Source of the DNA: Octopus sinensis
Taxonomy: Eukaryota
DNA length: 64,000 bases
Direction of reading: 5' to 3'
Assembly (NCBI RefSeq): GCF_006345805.1
Contig: NC_043023.1
Coordinates: 5,518,001-5,582,000 of the forward strand
The translations under genes were made by a program, and so were the position numbers. The notes under the pieces are model-generated. The model did not search any database. It had not been told where the DNA came from and was given only the letters and a program-made list of their open reading frames with translations. Below, in pieces: positions 11,521 through 25,600 of this stretch (position 1 is the stretch's first letter; each line of letters begins with the position of its first letter).

Positions 11521-12110
11521 TGATGACATTGCTGTGGTATTTAACATTAGGTTATATATATAAAAGGCATCGTGTGTGTGTACGTGAATGTAATTTATGC
11601 ATGTCCACAAATTAGCAAGCATGTCGCTCTAATTTTAGGAGGACATTCGTCATGATCCTAGCTATATTTTCGTCAAATTATTTTACGTATATTTCTAAGT
11701 GTATCTCTACTGATTTCCTATAGAATTTCAGGTAAACAGTGAATCTTATGATGTTTCATATTCAAATATGTTTATGTAAATGATGTTATTAGAGACAGAA
11801 AAGATAGGTAATAGGTGTATGTACATATTTCGAGAGTTGTTGTCCTTTCATCAGCACCACATCCTACCCATCGACTATCCATGATGCCTAAAAGTGTTAC
11901 ACAGTGGGACTGAACCTGGAATCATGTGGTTGGGAAGCAAACTTGCTTGGTTTTAATAGTATTAAAATAGATTGTATTTGTATTTTATGGTCAGATCAAG
12001 GATCTCATCAAATGCTGATGAAACCTGCTGCTCGTATCATGTAAACAAGTGAAGAAAATATATAGTGCATGTGTTTATTTGGCAAAAAAAATTTAAATAA
12101 CCATCCTGAA

Positions 12111-12151
<41 letters not shown>

Positions 12152-12156
<5 letters not shown>

Positions 12157-12366
12157 GAAAAACCACTATTATGCAATTCAAACAATGATAGACATAAACC
12201 AAATCATAAATAAAAAATAAAATATAGTTTAAAACATAACTAGATCACATTCATTTTTGTACTTTTTGTGATCTAGTTATATGTTTTATAATATATTTTA
12301 TTTTTTATCTATGATTTGGTTTACGTCTATCATTGTTTGAAGTGCATAATAGTGGTTTTCCTCTAA
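12152..12366. repeat. Foldback/MITE with arms of about 100 bp and a 17-nt loop
   Basis: ttagagaaaaaaccactattatgca...ctagatcaca / tgtgatctag...tgcataatagtggttttcctctaa. Confidence 0.8.
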
Positions 12367-12453
12367 TTTATATATATTATATATTTATATTGTGAAATTT
12401 GATTTAATACCAAATTGAATTTTTCCTTGTAAGTTTGGAGTTTATACTAAGAT

Positions 12454-12485
<32 letters not shown>

Positions 12486-12574
12486 CCCAATAACTGATGA
12501 GCATGTCCATGTCTTATTTTTTTCCTTATGTTCCTTTCTCATCCTTCTGTGCATTTCTTACTCTTTCCTTCTCT

Positions 12575-14560
12575 CTCTTATCATTTAACATCTGTTCTCC
12601 ACGCTGGCATGGTTGGAATAGTTTGACAGAAGGTGACCAGCTGAAGAGCTGCCTGGGATCCATATTGTTTGTTTTGACATGGTTTTAGTGGCTGGATGCC
12701 CTTCCTAATGCCAACCATTTTACAGAGTATAATGTGTGCCTTTTGTGTGGCACCATCACCAGTGCTTTTCACAAGGTACCAGCAAGAATTTGAACGCTTT
12801 TCTTTTGTGGGACCATGGTTTTAGGATCTCAACTCTGTTGTGGTGGGGCAGCTCAGCTCAAGTATAGCAATGCACCAAATTTCTTCCTGTCATCTCTTTC
12901 ATCAGGTTCAATATTTAAAGATCGGTTTTAAAACATTGACACAAGTCTTCCTGGGTCTCCTTCTTCACACCAACACGCAGCAGATGCATCATATAATCTT
13001 CCTTTCACCCAACAGAGGGAACAGCTCTCGGAAACTTCTCCATCCTATTTTTATTCTAGCAATTACACTTTAAGTACAACCTCCTCCCCCCTACTAATCA
13101 GAACACCTAGGTAACAAAAACTATCTGCAACTTCTATAATCACAGGGACATTTAAGGAAATCAATTTCTCGTGTAGCTGTGGTCGTTATGTCTCCTGTAC
13201 ATCTTCACATACAAACACTAATTTCTCTGTTATCCTTCCAACTATTCCACTACACCTCTTGCCTGCTTATAGCTTGCACTGGGTACATTGAACGGAATTA
13301 CTGCCTACACCCTTCCTACATACTGAATAGGGACATTTAGCTGATGGGCGAAAGGTCCTGTTGGCTTTCTTGCTTATTACAACCTTGGTCTAAATTTACC
13401 TTAAGACCATCTAATTCCAGGTTCTGTTTCCACACCCAGAATTTCTTTTCTAATTCTGTTACATATTCTGCTATGAGGGCAAGGTCATTAGCATGTAGGA
13501 GTTCCTCTCGGCTTCCAGTCTTACATTGCTCTCTTATGGCCCAGAGGATGATGAAGAATAGTAGGGGGCTGGGAACCAACCCTTGGTGGACACCTACCTA
13601 TGCACTAAATTCATCAGTGTACACACGGCTAACTCTCACTTTACTAACAGTACCCCTTTACATGGCCTATACTACTTTCATGGGCCATTTGTCTATCTCT
13701 AGCTTCTTCAGGGACCACTCTATCTCACAGCAGGGATCTCTGTTGAAGGTTTTCTGCAGATCAACAAATGCCAAGTAAAACTGCTTGTTCTTAGCTAAAT
13801 ACTTCTTTTGACTATGAAAATAGCATCTGCAGTATTTCTATCTGGGACAAAATCAAATTGCATTTCAGCCAGCCTAATTCCGCTCCTAATTAATTGTGCT
13901 AAAATTCTCTCTACAACTTTCATCCCCTGTTCCAGCATCTAGATACCTCTATAATTACTTCTAAGGCATCTCACTTGCTCTTGTAGCACCTGACTTCATT
14001 GTCATTAGGGATTACATCTTGAATCACCCAATTCACTACATTGGCGAGACTGTATCCAACTACCAGATATCTTAAGCATTTCGACAGTGACTCCTGATGG
14101 GTCAGGGGCCATTCCTATTTTCATATCTTTAATTGCTTTATCTATCATGCTGGTGTCAACCAGGACAGCTGGTCCCTTTGTAGGGTTCACATAAGGAAGA
14201 TTCCCTTCCTCCCGTTCATTCTCCACATCTAATAGTCCCTTATAGTAGCTCTTCCAAATTTCTTTTTCTCCAGAATCACTAATAGCAAACATACCATTAT
14301 CTGTCCATACACACTTCTCTTCCACATGTTGATTCTCTAACACAAATGTCTGGCAACCCAGAACACCTCAAGTCTCTCATCTTCATATTGTAAACTCCTT
14401 CCTTTCTGCTTCTGCTCTGGCAAGATATACCTGACGTTTAGCTCCTCTTTTAGTTGTCTGATATGGTTGTTTGCTCCCCCAATTCTTCCTGTCATTCCAG
14501 GCTTGTCTTGTCTCTTCCATAGTCATGACTAGCTTGTTCCATCACCAGGACTCTCTTGGG
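12575..14560 (-). mobile_element. Decayed RTE-clade LINE fragment
   Basis: AIKDMKIGMAPDPSGVTVEMLK, PSPLLFFIIL..ELLHANDLALIAE..LKVNL; many stops and frameshifts. Confidence 0.75.
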
Positions 14561-15507
14561 CTGGTGGAGCACAATTGTGCAGCTATGCCAATGGTCTGTG
14601 TTTAACTCACACACGCACTCATACAATAATTCGTGAACAGAAGACAAAAGAAAATTGCAGCAAAGCTGTGGGATAGTGGTAACAGACGTGGGGCGAGATG
14701 CGTAGCCGTATTTCGAAGGCTGGCAGAGACGTTAGCACGCCGGGCGAAATGCGTAGCCGTATTTCGTCTGCCTTTACGTTCTGAGTTCAAATTCCGCCAA
14801 AGTCGACTTTGCCTTTCATTCTTTCGGGGTCGATAAATTAAGTACCAGTTACGCACTGGGGTCGATGTAATCGACTTAATCCATTTCTCTGTCCTTGTTT
14901 GTCCCCTCTATGTTTAGCCCCTTGTGGGTAATAAAGAAACAGACGTGGTGTGCAAGGCCACCATTTAACTTGACATTGCATTTTTATTCTTCTCCTCAGT
15001 TTCATTTTGACATATGCCTTGCGTTCTTATCCTTCTGTGTCACGAATTCAGTGTGCACATGGATATTGCGTATTCATCCTTCTTGCCTTGGTTCCTACTC
15101 AGAACTGCTTTGGGTTCATAACCATCTCACGAACTTCGATGGTTGTGGAATAACTGACGAGATTAGGAAATTATTGCAGTTTGATATCTAGGAGTGATCT
15201 CCCTTCTACGACTTCCTTGACCGAGCAACAAACGGCCACACCCATTAACTGTTGCCTAGGAAACTGATCAGGTCCTTGGTGATGTTCACCGCGGTACATA
15301 ATAACTCCTGATGCTTCATACATTCCACCCATTCCGGTGTTCCTTTTGATGTACGGACTATATTACCTGGATAGCACTACTGGATTATAAACCCTTTTGA
15401 ATTAGACCTGGTAATAATTTTGAGTCTTTGTAAATGACAGGGAAATGGAATATTCGGCGGAATTCTAGTTTAAACTTTCCATATAACTCGTCATAACCTT
15501 CTTCATT

Positions 15508-15932
15508 ATGGCTCCTGTACATCTTCACATACAAACACTAATTTCTCTGTTATCCTTCCAACTATTCCACTACACCTCTTGCCTGCTTATAGCTTGCACT
15601 GGGTACATTGAACGGAATTACTGCCTACACCCTTCCTACATACTGAATAGGGACATTTAGCTGATGGGCGAAAGGTCCTGTTGGGTTTCTTGGTCTTTGC
15701 TAAATTTACCTTAAGACCATCTAATTCCAGGTTCTGTTTCCACACCCAGAATTTCTTTTCTAATTTTGTTACATATTCTGCTATGAGGGCAAGGTCATTA
15801 GCATGTAGGAGTTCCTCTGGGCTTCCAGTCTTACATTGCTCTCTTATGGCCCAGAGGATGATGAAGAATAGTAGGGGGCTGGGAACCAACCCTTGGTAGA
15901 CACCTACCTATGCACTAAATTCATCAGTGTAC
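15508..15932 (-). repeat. Near-identical local copy of RTE fragment 13188-13620
   Basis: Direct sequence match over about 420 nt with one deletion of about 25 nt. Confidence 0.85.
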
Positions 15933-15949
15933 TGTTACTATTATTTATG

Positions 15950-17040
15950 ACAACCCTAACCCAAAAACCTTAAAGGTAAAACCAGTACAAACGCACGAAC
16001 GATGTCATAACAGTGACAAACGAAATATACACGGAAGATAGTTGCTGTTGATAAACAAAAGCAGTAATTTTATTCAGTTGAATACACATCACTGATTTGT
16101 TGAAGGTAAAGATTTCATATAACTCGTCGTAGCATTCTCCAGTTTCTCTGGGCATTCTTACACATGCATGACCCCCACCACAAAATTTGGGTAAAATTAC
16201 AGATTAACACCCGCACGATTTTCACTAAGAAAAAAAAAAGACTAGACTTTTTGCGTGGAATCAAGTACCTGACCTCCTAATATGCTGCAATCCCATATTT
16301 TGGTTCGGAATTGGTCCGGAGGGGCGGGGACCCTAATCTAAAACCTAACCCTAATTCTAAAACCTTAACCGAAAGCTAACGCACGACCGATGTCATAACT
16401 AACAGTGACAAACGAAATATAGTTGACGGCTGTAATTTTATTCAGCTGAATACACATCACTGATTTGTTGAAGGTAAAGATTCCATATAACTCGTCATAG
16501 CATTCTCCAGTTTCTTGGGCATTCTTACACATGCATGACCCCCACCACAGAATTTGGGTAAAATTACAGATCAACACCCGCACGATTTTCACTAAGTAAA
16601 AAAAAAACCGGGATTTTATGCGTGGAATCAAGTACCCTGACCTCCTAATATGCTGCAAATCCCATATTTTGGTTCGGAATTGGTCCGGAGGGGCGGGGAC
16701 CCTAATTCTAAAACTCTAACCCTAATTCTAAAACCTTAACCGTAAAGCTAAACGCACGACCGATGTCATAACTAACAGTGACAAACGAAAATAGTTGACT
16801 GTAATTCAGCTGAACATCATTGATGTTGAAGGTAAAGATTCCATATGACTCGTCATAGCATTCTCCAGTTTCATAACTAACAGTGACAAACGAAATATAG
16901 TTGACGGCTGTAATTTTATTCAGCTGAATACACATCATTGATTTGTTGAAGGTAAAGATTCCATATAACTCGTCATAGCATTCTCCAGTTTCTCTGGGTA
17001 TTCTTACACATGTATGACCCCCACCACAGAATTTGTTGAC
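15950..17040. repeat. Irregular tandem array (units of about 360-390 bp plus partial units) with CCCTAA-like tracts
   Basis: aaccttaaccg..cgcacgaccgatgtcataac..gacaaacgaaatat repeated three to four times. Confidence 0.75.
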
Positions 17041-20000
17041 TCGTAACTGTCAGAAAAAATGGATATTTTTTAACAAAAGTTTCCACAAATACACTTTAGG
17101 GATCTTTTCGCTTTGGACGGCAGTTTTTTCTAGCGGTGTCATATGAAATTGACACCCATAATTATAACCCTAGTATCGATCTATTGCATTTCAATCTCTT
17201 TTAGGGTTAGGGTTAGGGGTGGGGAGAAGGGTATCTATTTTCTTCAGAAATGTAAATAAACCCAATCTGTTTCTTAAACGAGGGACATATTCATACGGCA
17301 CAGACTGTTTTCACCTCAGATCCCACTTCAGATGGCATGGATGCCGATTACATCGGAATTTATTATATATTAAAAAAAATTCCGAGTGTGGGGTGAGGAG
17401 TTTTGGAAAATTCAAACGAAACAGTTTTCTTTATGGGTAACTTTAAGAAAAAAAAGCATCGTTTTTTAATGAAAACGAAAAATATCGATCTTCCGCAGAT
17501 GGTATACCAAAACTGGAACCATTTGGATGGTGATTTCCATAAAAATATGTGGTAATCTTGCATATATACACCCTCGCCGACTTTGTTGCCTAACTGCCAG
17601 AAAAGTAGATACTTTTCAATGAAATTTTCTACAAATCGCTTAGATTCTGTAGATTCAGAATATATAGGAATTTGTTGGAAAGAACTTTTCTGAAGAGGTG
17701 TGGAAAGTTTCTGAAAATTCATACGACCCGACTTTTTTTCCTCATAACTTTTAGTAATTTAACGAATTGCTTTTTCAAGCGGTTTTTTTTTTTGATATTT
17801 CTTTTTAAAAAAATCTAAAATAATTTCTCGTTTTGTGTTGTTCTTGATTGCTTTTCATTCATCTATTCAAGAAATAACATAGAGGTGGATAACAAGTGCA
17901 GACAAAGGGATTAGTGTTGCATCATCTTCGAAGAACACCACAATCGTGTGACAAGTCGCTCCTACAACGACTACCTATCCTATAACAAATGTTCATACAA
18001 TTTCGGTTGAAAGTTATTAAACAACGTAAAAGAAATTATTTATGTTGTTTAGAAAAAAAATTTATTTACTTAGTTTTAAAAAAATTATTTACTTTGTGTA
18101 AAAAGTTATTTATTTTGTTTAAAAAAACCCAAGTTATGATGAGGTACCAAAGGTACCAAATGATGAGGTACCAAAGGTTTATGTAATTATGATGAGGTAC
18201 CAAAGGTTTATGTAATTATGGGTATGATGGGGGTACTTGCCGTGTATTTAGGTTGTTTAGAAAAAATTATTTATTTATTTTGTTTTGGAAAAAAAACCCT
18301 ACATAACACACTCGCGCTAGGTAGTGGCTGTAGGATCGACTAGCAAGCGCTAGTACGCGAGTGCGCGCACCGGGACCACTCTTCTTAAATAGTACCAATA
18401 ATATTTCATAAAGCATGGATTAGATTCTGTAGGTTTAAAATTGGTTTTATGCAAGCAGGTATGTGTTTATCTATGCAGCCTGTGTATGGCTGTGGTGAGA
18501 GTTTTTCACCTCTTTTACTTTTTTCAGTAAAATACATATGCGAATGGTAAAAGAAAAACTATGGATCTTACATTCGACGGATATTCGTCCTCATCTTGTT
18601 TGTTGTTAAGAGTGGTTAAGAGCACGGGCTACTAACCCCAAGATTCCGAGTTCGATTCCAAGCAGTGACCTGAACACTAACAATAATAGCATCGAAAAAT
18701 ACCCTTAGGAATGAGAACCCACGTTCGATGGAGGCTGGGGGGTATATCAGCCGAGATGACAGGTATCCGTCGAATGTAAAATAATGTACATACTTTCTCA
18801 TCTCTTAAATATAGAACTGTAAAAAGCATTCAGTTTACGAACTTTCTGCTTAAATCCCAGTAACAGGCCATGAAATGTGTTTATGGGGAAAAAATATTGA
18901 AAAAAATCGATACATCGGAGAACAAATAAACGATGACGGTATGAGATTGTCGTGAGGGTGGGTGGGCACTGTCATGGTGCTAAAAGTTCCAGTCCTTAAA
19001 CTACACGCCAAAAAATGTTTTCTTTTGCTTTTTTTAACAACTTCATAGTTACAAATTGCAAGATAAAATAAGGGTTTCTTACCTTCCTTCACTTAGCAAA
19101 TAATTCCAGATCAATTCAGTCACTATTTGTGTACAAAAAATTGCAAGGGAACCGGTCTATCGTACGTAGTGGGCGAAAATATTAACTTGTCTATTTTACG
19201 AACTTTCGCAGCATCGAGCTCAAATTATTTCCTGCGCCTAAAAACTCACACCTCTTATTCATCCTTGTCTCTTCTGTCTTCTACATGTGCTAGAAACAAC
19301 AGCTATATCTCTTAAATCGATGAATTTCGTCGCCCAATAAAAATATTAGCGATATATTTTGAATATTTTTTTTTTTTTTTTACCGAAAAGGCTTCTCCCA
19401 TGGTTTTGAAGGGCCAGAAACAACAAAAACAAGACAATTATGTGCCTAAATCGGTCTCGAGTTTGCGCGTGGAGTCTGAGTAGTATTTTAAAAATTTGCT
19501 GTGATATAAATTGGGAAAAAAATCCTCGACACCAGTGTGTAATTGGTACTTAATTTATCGACCCCGAAACGATGAATCATTGACCCCACCCCTTCTGGTT
19601 TATTTACCTTTTGTGCAAATTTGTTGCGGCAAGTGGCAAAACACGAACGTGTATGTATGCTTGTGTGTGTATATATATGTCCGTTTGTATGTGTGTGTAC
19701 GCTTATATATTAATTACTATGTGCTTGTGCAAATGTATATGCATGTGTTTGAGAGAGAGAGTGCGTGTGTCGTGCGTCTGCTATATTTCTTTATCAATAT
19801 AGATAACGCAGCAATGCTGGGATTTCATTATTTAATATTCGAAGATGTTGGGATTTCATTGGTTGACATTTTCCCAATATACGAAGTTTCAAAGTAGAAA
19901 CTTCCGTCCATCAAACAGAAAAGATCCGTCTTCTGCTATAACTCCGGGCCGACCAATGCCTTGTGAGTGGATTTGGTAGACAGGAACTGAAAGAAGGCTG

Positions 20001-20424
20001 TCGTATATATATATGTATGTGTGTCTGTGTTTGTCCCCCTACCATTGCTTGACAACCGATGCTGGTGTGTTTACGTCCCCCGTCACATAGCGGTTCGGCA
20101 AAACAGGCGATAGAATAAGTACTGGGCTTACAAAGAATAATTCCCGGGGTCGATTTGCTCAACTAAAGGCGGTGCTCCAGCATGGCCGCAGTCAAATGAC
20201 TGAAACAAGTAAAAGAGAGTAAAGAGCATCGAATGGTAGGACAAGGTACAGGCAGTTTAATACTATTTAGCTAAAATCATTTGCTGCGTCTAAAACTGAG
20301 ACATCCTGTCACTGATCCTAACCCTAACTGAATCTTTTCCTTTTCAACGGCAGTTTTCAACACAATTTCTAGTTAACTAAACACTTTTAAACTTCGTATA
20401 CCGGGAGAATGTGTTAAAATAAAA

Positions 20425-21903
20425 CAATGAAATTTTCTACAAATCGCTTAGATTCTGTAGATTCAGAATATATAGGAATGTGTTGGAAAGAACTTTTCTG
20501 AAGAGGTGTGGAAAGTTTCTGAAAATTCATACGACCCGACTTTTTTTCCTCATAACTTTTAGTAATTTAACGAATTGCTTTTTCAAGCGGTTTTTTTTTT
20601 TTGGATATTTCTTTTTAAAAAAATCTAAAATAATTTCTCGTTTTGTGTTGTTCTTGATTGCTTTTCATTCATCTATTCAAGAAATAACATAGAGGGGGAT
20701 AACAAGTGCAGACAAACGGATCAATAATCGTGTGACAAGTCGCTCCTACAACGACTACCTATCCTATAACAAATGTTCATACAACGACTACCTATCCTAT
20801 AACAAATGTTCATACAATTTCGGTTGAAAGTTATTAAACAACGTAAAAGAAATTATTTATGTTGTTTAGAAAAAACCCAAGTTATGATGAGGTACCAAAG
20901 GTACCAAATGATGAGGTACCAAAGGTTTATGTAATTATGGGTATGATGGGGGTACTTGCCGTGTATTTAGGTTGTTTAGATAAAATTATTTATTTATTTT
21001 GTTTTGGAAAAAAACCCTACATAACACACTCGCGCTAGGTAGTGGTTGTAGGATCGACTAGCTAGCGCTAGTACGCGAGTGCGCGCACCGGGACCACTCT
21101 TCTTAAATAGTACCAATAATATTTCATAAAGCATGGATTAGATTCTGTAGGTTTAAAATTGGTTTTATGCAAGCAGGTATGTGGTTTATCTATGCAGCCT
21201 GTGTATGGCTGTGGTGAGAGTTTTTCACCTCTTTTACTTTTTTCAGTAAAATACATATGCGAATGGTAAAAGAAAAACTATGGATCTTACATTCGACGGA
21301 TATTCGTCCTCATCTTGTTTGTTGTTAAGAGTGGTTAAGAGCACGGGCTACGAACCCCAAGATTCCGAGTTCGATTCCAAGCAGTGACCTGAACACTAAT
21401 AACATCGAAAAATACCCTTAGGAATGAGAACCCACGTTCGATGGAGGCTGGGGGGTATATCAGCCGAAACCTTGTGTTAACAACAAACAAGATGACAGGT
21501 ATCCGTCGAATGTAAAATAACGTACATACTTTCTCATCTCTTAAATATAGAACTGTAAAAAGCATTCAGTTTACGAACTTTTTGCTTAAATCCCAGTAAC
21601 AGGCCATGAAATGTGTTTATGGGGAAAAAATATTGAAAAAAATCGATACATCGGAGAACAAATAAACGATGACGGTATGAGATTGTCGTGAGGGTGGGTG
21701 GGCACTGTCATGGTGCTAAAAGTTCCAGTCCTTAAACTACACGCCAAAAAATGTTTTCTTTTTCTTTTTTTAACAACTTCATAGTTACAAATTGCAAGAT
21801 AAAATAAGGGTTTCTTACCTTCCTTCACTTAGCAAATAATTCCAGTCACTATTTGTGTACAAAGAATTGCAAGGGAACCGGTCTATCGTACGTAATGGGC
21901 GAA
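20425..21903 (+). repeat. Local direct duplication of 17617-19175
   Basis: Co-linear near-identity with small indels, including the shared tRNA-like SINE head. Confidence 0.85.
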
Positions 21904-22605
21904 ATGAAAGTAGATGCAGCGATGGGTGCACCTGTAGCGGTATCTGATATCCTCACTCGAACACACAGACACAAACACGTGTTGCATGCACACATACACA
22001 ACACTTGCTAACACTCACAACTCTCTAACTTGTAAATAAAATCTTATCTTATCTCAAACAGTGGAACGGCTTGTCAACGTGCATTTATATTCTGTTGGCA
22101 CTACTTTGTATAAATAGTACCTATGGCTTATCTTATTTCGTTACGGATGCGATTGCGTGACTTACCTATGTCACCAACCTTTTCACATGCGGTCGTTTTT
22201 TAAAGACATAAAATGCGGTCGTTTTTTAAAAACATAACATGCGGTCGTTTTTCCTACACGCCTTTTGTCACTTTCCAGACTTGTCATAGCATGCCCGAAG
22301 TAGTATAATCTTTATATGTCGATGAGAGACGTCAACATGTGCCAATTTTTTCACACAATATCAAAACTTTATTTCGATTATTAATAAATCCATAAATATT
22401 AAGTTCTGTTTAGCTTTGATTACTTTAGGAGTCTAATCAAAGCAAGAAAAAAAAAACTATTGTGTAAATTTATTATATGAAATAATGCTTTATATTTGTA
22501 GTTAGAAAGTTCCTATTTTTAGCAGAAATATTTTTCTGCATTGAAAAACTGAATTATTAAATAATTCTCAACATCGAGGGGTAGGACAAGGCACAGGCAG
22601 TTTAA

Positions 22606-23681
22606 CCCTTTCGTTACTATATTTCTGACCAAATTACACCCCTTATGTGTTTCAATTAATTTCTAACATAATCATAAATTTAGTCTGGTTTCATTAAACA
22701 ACTATAACTTTTTTATTTATCAATATGTTAATCTGATTTTTGGAAGATAATTTAATGAAATGTTCTCAACCAATTCTATACTATAATTTTTGTCACAAGG
22801 TGACTCTAATTGCAGGTAGATACAGGTTAATTCAACAAAATATAAAATTATTAAATTTTTTTTCAAACATCGCTATAGAAAATGGGTTATTAGCTAATAT
22901 TCAATTGGGTATACAACAAAATTTTACGATAGAATTTGTTATTCTGGGTAACTTTCTGATACCCATAATAATATTTATGGCAAAATAGTCTGAATTTCAT
23001 TTAAGGTTGTGGGAAACCACTAACTATCCTTTCTTTCGCTTTGTTTACATTTAGCGTAACGATTCGTTTCCGCCGTAATGAGTTCAAATAGACTCATCGG
23101 AAAAAGTAAAAAAATAGTCTATCACTTTACTCTCCTGGGAAAGTCTGTGGCTTGGTCCAGTTTCTTCAGAAAAATCACCGAAAGAAACAGTTTTAAATTT
23201 TCACTCCATTCAGGTGCCAATTCATTTTCTTTATCGCTGTCGGAGCTCTCGGATTCACTGTTTTCACTTTCGGAAAATGAAACATCAGATTCATTATCAA
23301 ATACCACGTGCTTTTTTTTTTTCAGTCATAGAGTTAGATTTATGAAGGTCTTCAGTAGAAAATCCTTCGAATTCTGACTCGCTGCTTGATATAATGAAAT
23401 TCGTATCCATTTTTTGTCAGAATTACAAATTTTGAAAACACAATAGGAACAAATTTCGGAAAAAAATCTCCCAAAATTAACGTAATTAAAATTACACTTT
23501 GATCGTTGTACAAAACTGTAGATGGACTGTTTACGAAGTATTATCACTTGTTTTCACGAATGTACTAAAGAGATTTGCTCTGATATTCTCATTTAAATAT
23601 GAATAGGTAAATACGGGCGGGTTTGGTCACATTAACCAAAATTTCTTTCGGGCGGCTTTGGGCGGTTTGGTAACGAAAGGG
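22606..23681 (-). mobile_element. Non-autonomous piggyBac-like element
   Basis: TTAA|CCCTTTCGTTAC...GTAACGAAAGGG|TTTAA; acidic N-terminal remnant EFEGFSTEDL..SESESSDSD; an empty-site-like copy of the left flank at 20240-20265. Confidence 0.8.
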
Positions 23682-24383
23682 TTTAATACTAAAAATCTAG
23701 TAGAGATGATATCAAATTTAGGTTTAGACTACACCTAAAAATATATTTAACGATTTTATTTATTCCTTTCAGTATTTAATCCATTTTTTTTTATTGCGAA
23801 ATTTCATTTTTCCTACCTTATTGCATGATTTTTAATTTGAAAAGAGATTCTTATTTTCGGTTTTAACCTTGAAACAAACTCTTTTATGGATTTTAACTTT
23901 TTGACAAAAAATTGCTTTATTTATAACCCATTACCATTCATCTTTTACCTCCTTCAGTTTCTTTTGACCAAATCCACTGACAAGTCTTTTGTCAGCCGAA
24001 GGATGAACTAGAAAACACTTTGCCCAAGGTACTGCTGCAGTGGGACTGAACCCAGGACCATGTGGTTGGGAAGCAAACTTCTTCCCCCACAGCCACGCCT
24101 GTGGCTATCTAACCTGATGTGTTTCCAGGAAGGAGAAAATACAATATTCATATTTAATATTTTTGGCAAATAGCTGGGAGTTGTATTCTAGTAAAGCACT
24201 GATGCATTCACTGTTTTTAGGTTAGAAATAAGCATTACTGAAAATAGAACCACATGGTCTAAGGTTCAGTCCCACCATGTGGCACCTTGGGTAAATGTCA
24301 TCTACTATAGCATGGGTTGACCAAAACCTTGTGAAGGGATTTGGTAGGCAGAAACTGATAGAAACCTGTTGGATACACACACA

Positions 24384-25555
24384 GGACCTTTTCCTTTTGA
24401 ACGGTAGTTTTCAACACGATTTCTAGTTAACTAGACACTTTTAAACTTCGTATACTGGTAGAATGTGTCAAAATAAAACATGTTTTGGATCTTTTCCTTT
24501 TGAACGGCATACAATTTCTAGTTTTCTAGACACTTTTAAACTTCGTATACTGGTAGAATGTGTCAAAATAAAACATGTTTTGGATCTTTTCCTTTTGAAC
24601 GGCATACAATTTCTAGTTTTCTAGACACTTTTAAACTTCGTATACTGGTAGAATGTGTCAAAATAAAACATGTTTTGGATCTTTTCCTTTTGAACGGCAT
24701 ACAATTTCTAGTTTTCTAGACACTTTTAAACTTCGTATACTGGTAGAATGTGTCAAAATAAAACATGTTTTGGATCTTTTCCTTTTGAACGGCATACAAT
24801 TTCTAGTTTTCTAGACACTTTTAAACTTCGTATACTGGTAGAATGTGTTAAAATAAAACAATTTTTTCTCTTGGCTTTCTTGAAAAAATTGTAATTTGTA
24901 AGTTTAACGAAGTTTAATTTTTCGAATTTTAACTAATCCTACGGCCTCTAGTGAGCTACAATCATTTGCTGCACGTCTAAAACAGACAACATCCTGTCAC
25001 TAACCCTCACCCCAAATTTTAGCCTTTCGGTTTATTTTTTCTTGATTGTTAAATTAATTTAAGGATAACAATTAAGAAAAAAAAACGAAAGCAATGGAAA
25101 ATAATTTTAATTTAACAATTAAGAAAAAAAAACGAAAGCAAAAACTCAAAACAAAAACAAAACGAATAATTTTAGACACACGCGTAACAATTAAATTAAT
25201 TTAACAATTAAGAAAAAAAAACGAAAGGCTAAAATTTAGGGTTTGGGTTAGGGGTGGTGAGAAGGGTATCTTTTTTCTTCACAAATGTAAATAAACCCAA
25301 TCTGTTTCTTAAACGAGGGACATATTCATACGGCACAGACTGTTTTCACCTCAATAGACGTCATTGATTGGTTAAAATTGCAGAAATCGAAGAAGAAAAA
25401 AAAACAATAAATATCTTACAAACTATAGAATTCCCTCAATAAAGCCAAGAGAAAGAGATGTTTTATAAACACATTCTACCAGTATACGAAGTTTAAAAGT
25501 GTTTAGTTACGTGGAAATTATTTTTAAAAACTACCAGTCAAACCGAAAAGATCCC
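24384..25555. mobile_element. GGATCTTTTC-terminated MITE whose left arm is expanded to five tandem units of about 95 bp
   Basis: Units start at 24384, 24487, 24582, 24677, 24772; reverse-complement right arm at about 25430-25555. Confidence 0.8.
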
Positions 25556-25600
25556 ACTTCAGATGGCATGGATGCCGATTACATCGGAATTTATTATATA

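Noticed and set aside
14950-15350. Possible LTR-retroelement pol remnant
   Set aside because: Only vague resemblance with many stops; no diagnostic motif recognised
18617-18690. tRNA-like sequence (also 21325-21395 and about 1050-1120)
   Set aside because: A/B boxes are present but the acceptor stem is missing and a SINE body follows; these are SINE heads, not tRNA genes
18480-19320. Duplicated 80-aa ORF MKEGKKPLFY
   Set aside because: Lies in a local duplication of an unclassified repeat; the surrounding frames are full of stops and show no known motif
24384-24860. CRISPR-like appearance of the 95-bp and 107-bp arrays
   Set aside because: Head-to-tail repeats with no unique spacers, in a eukaryotic genome
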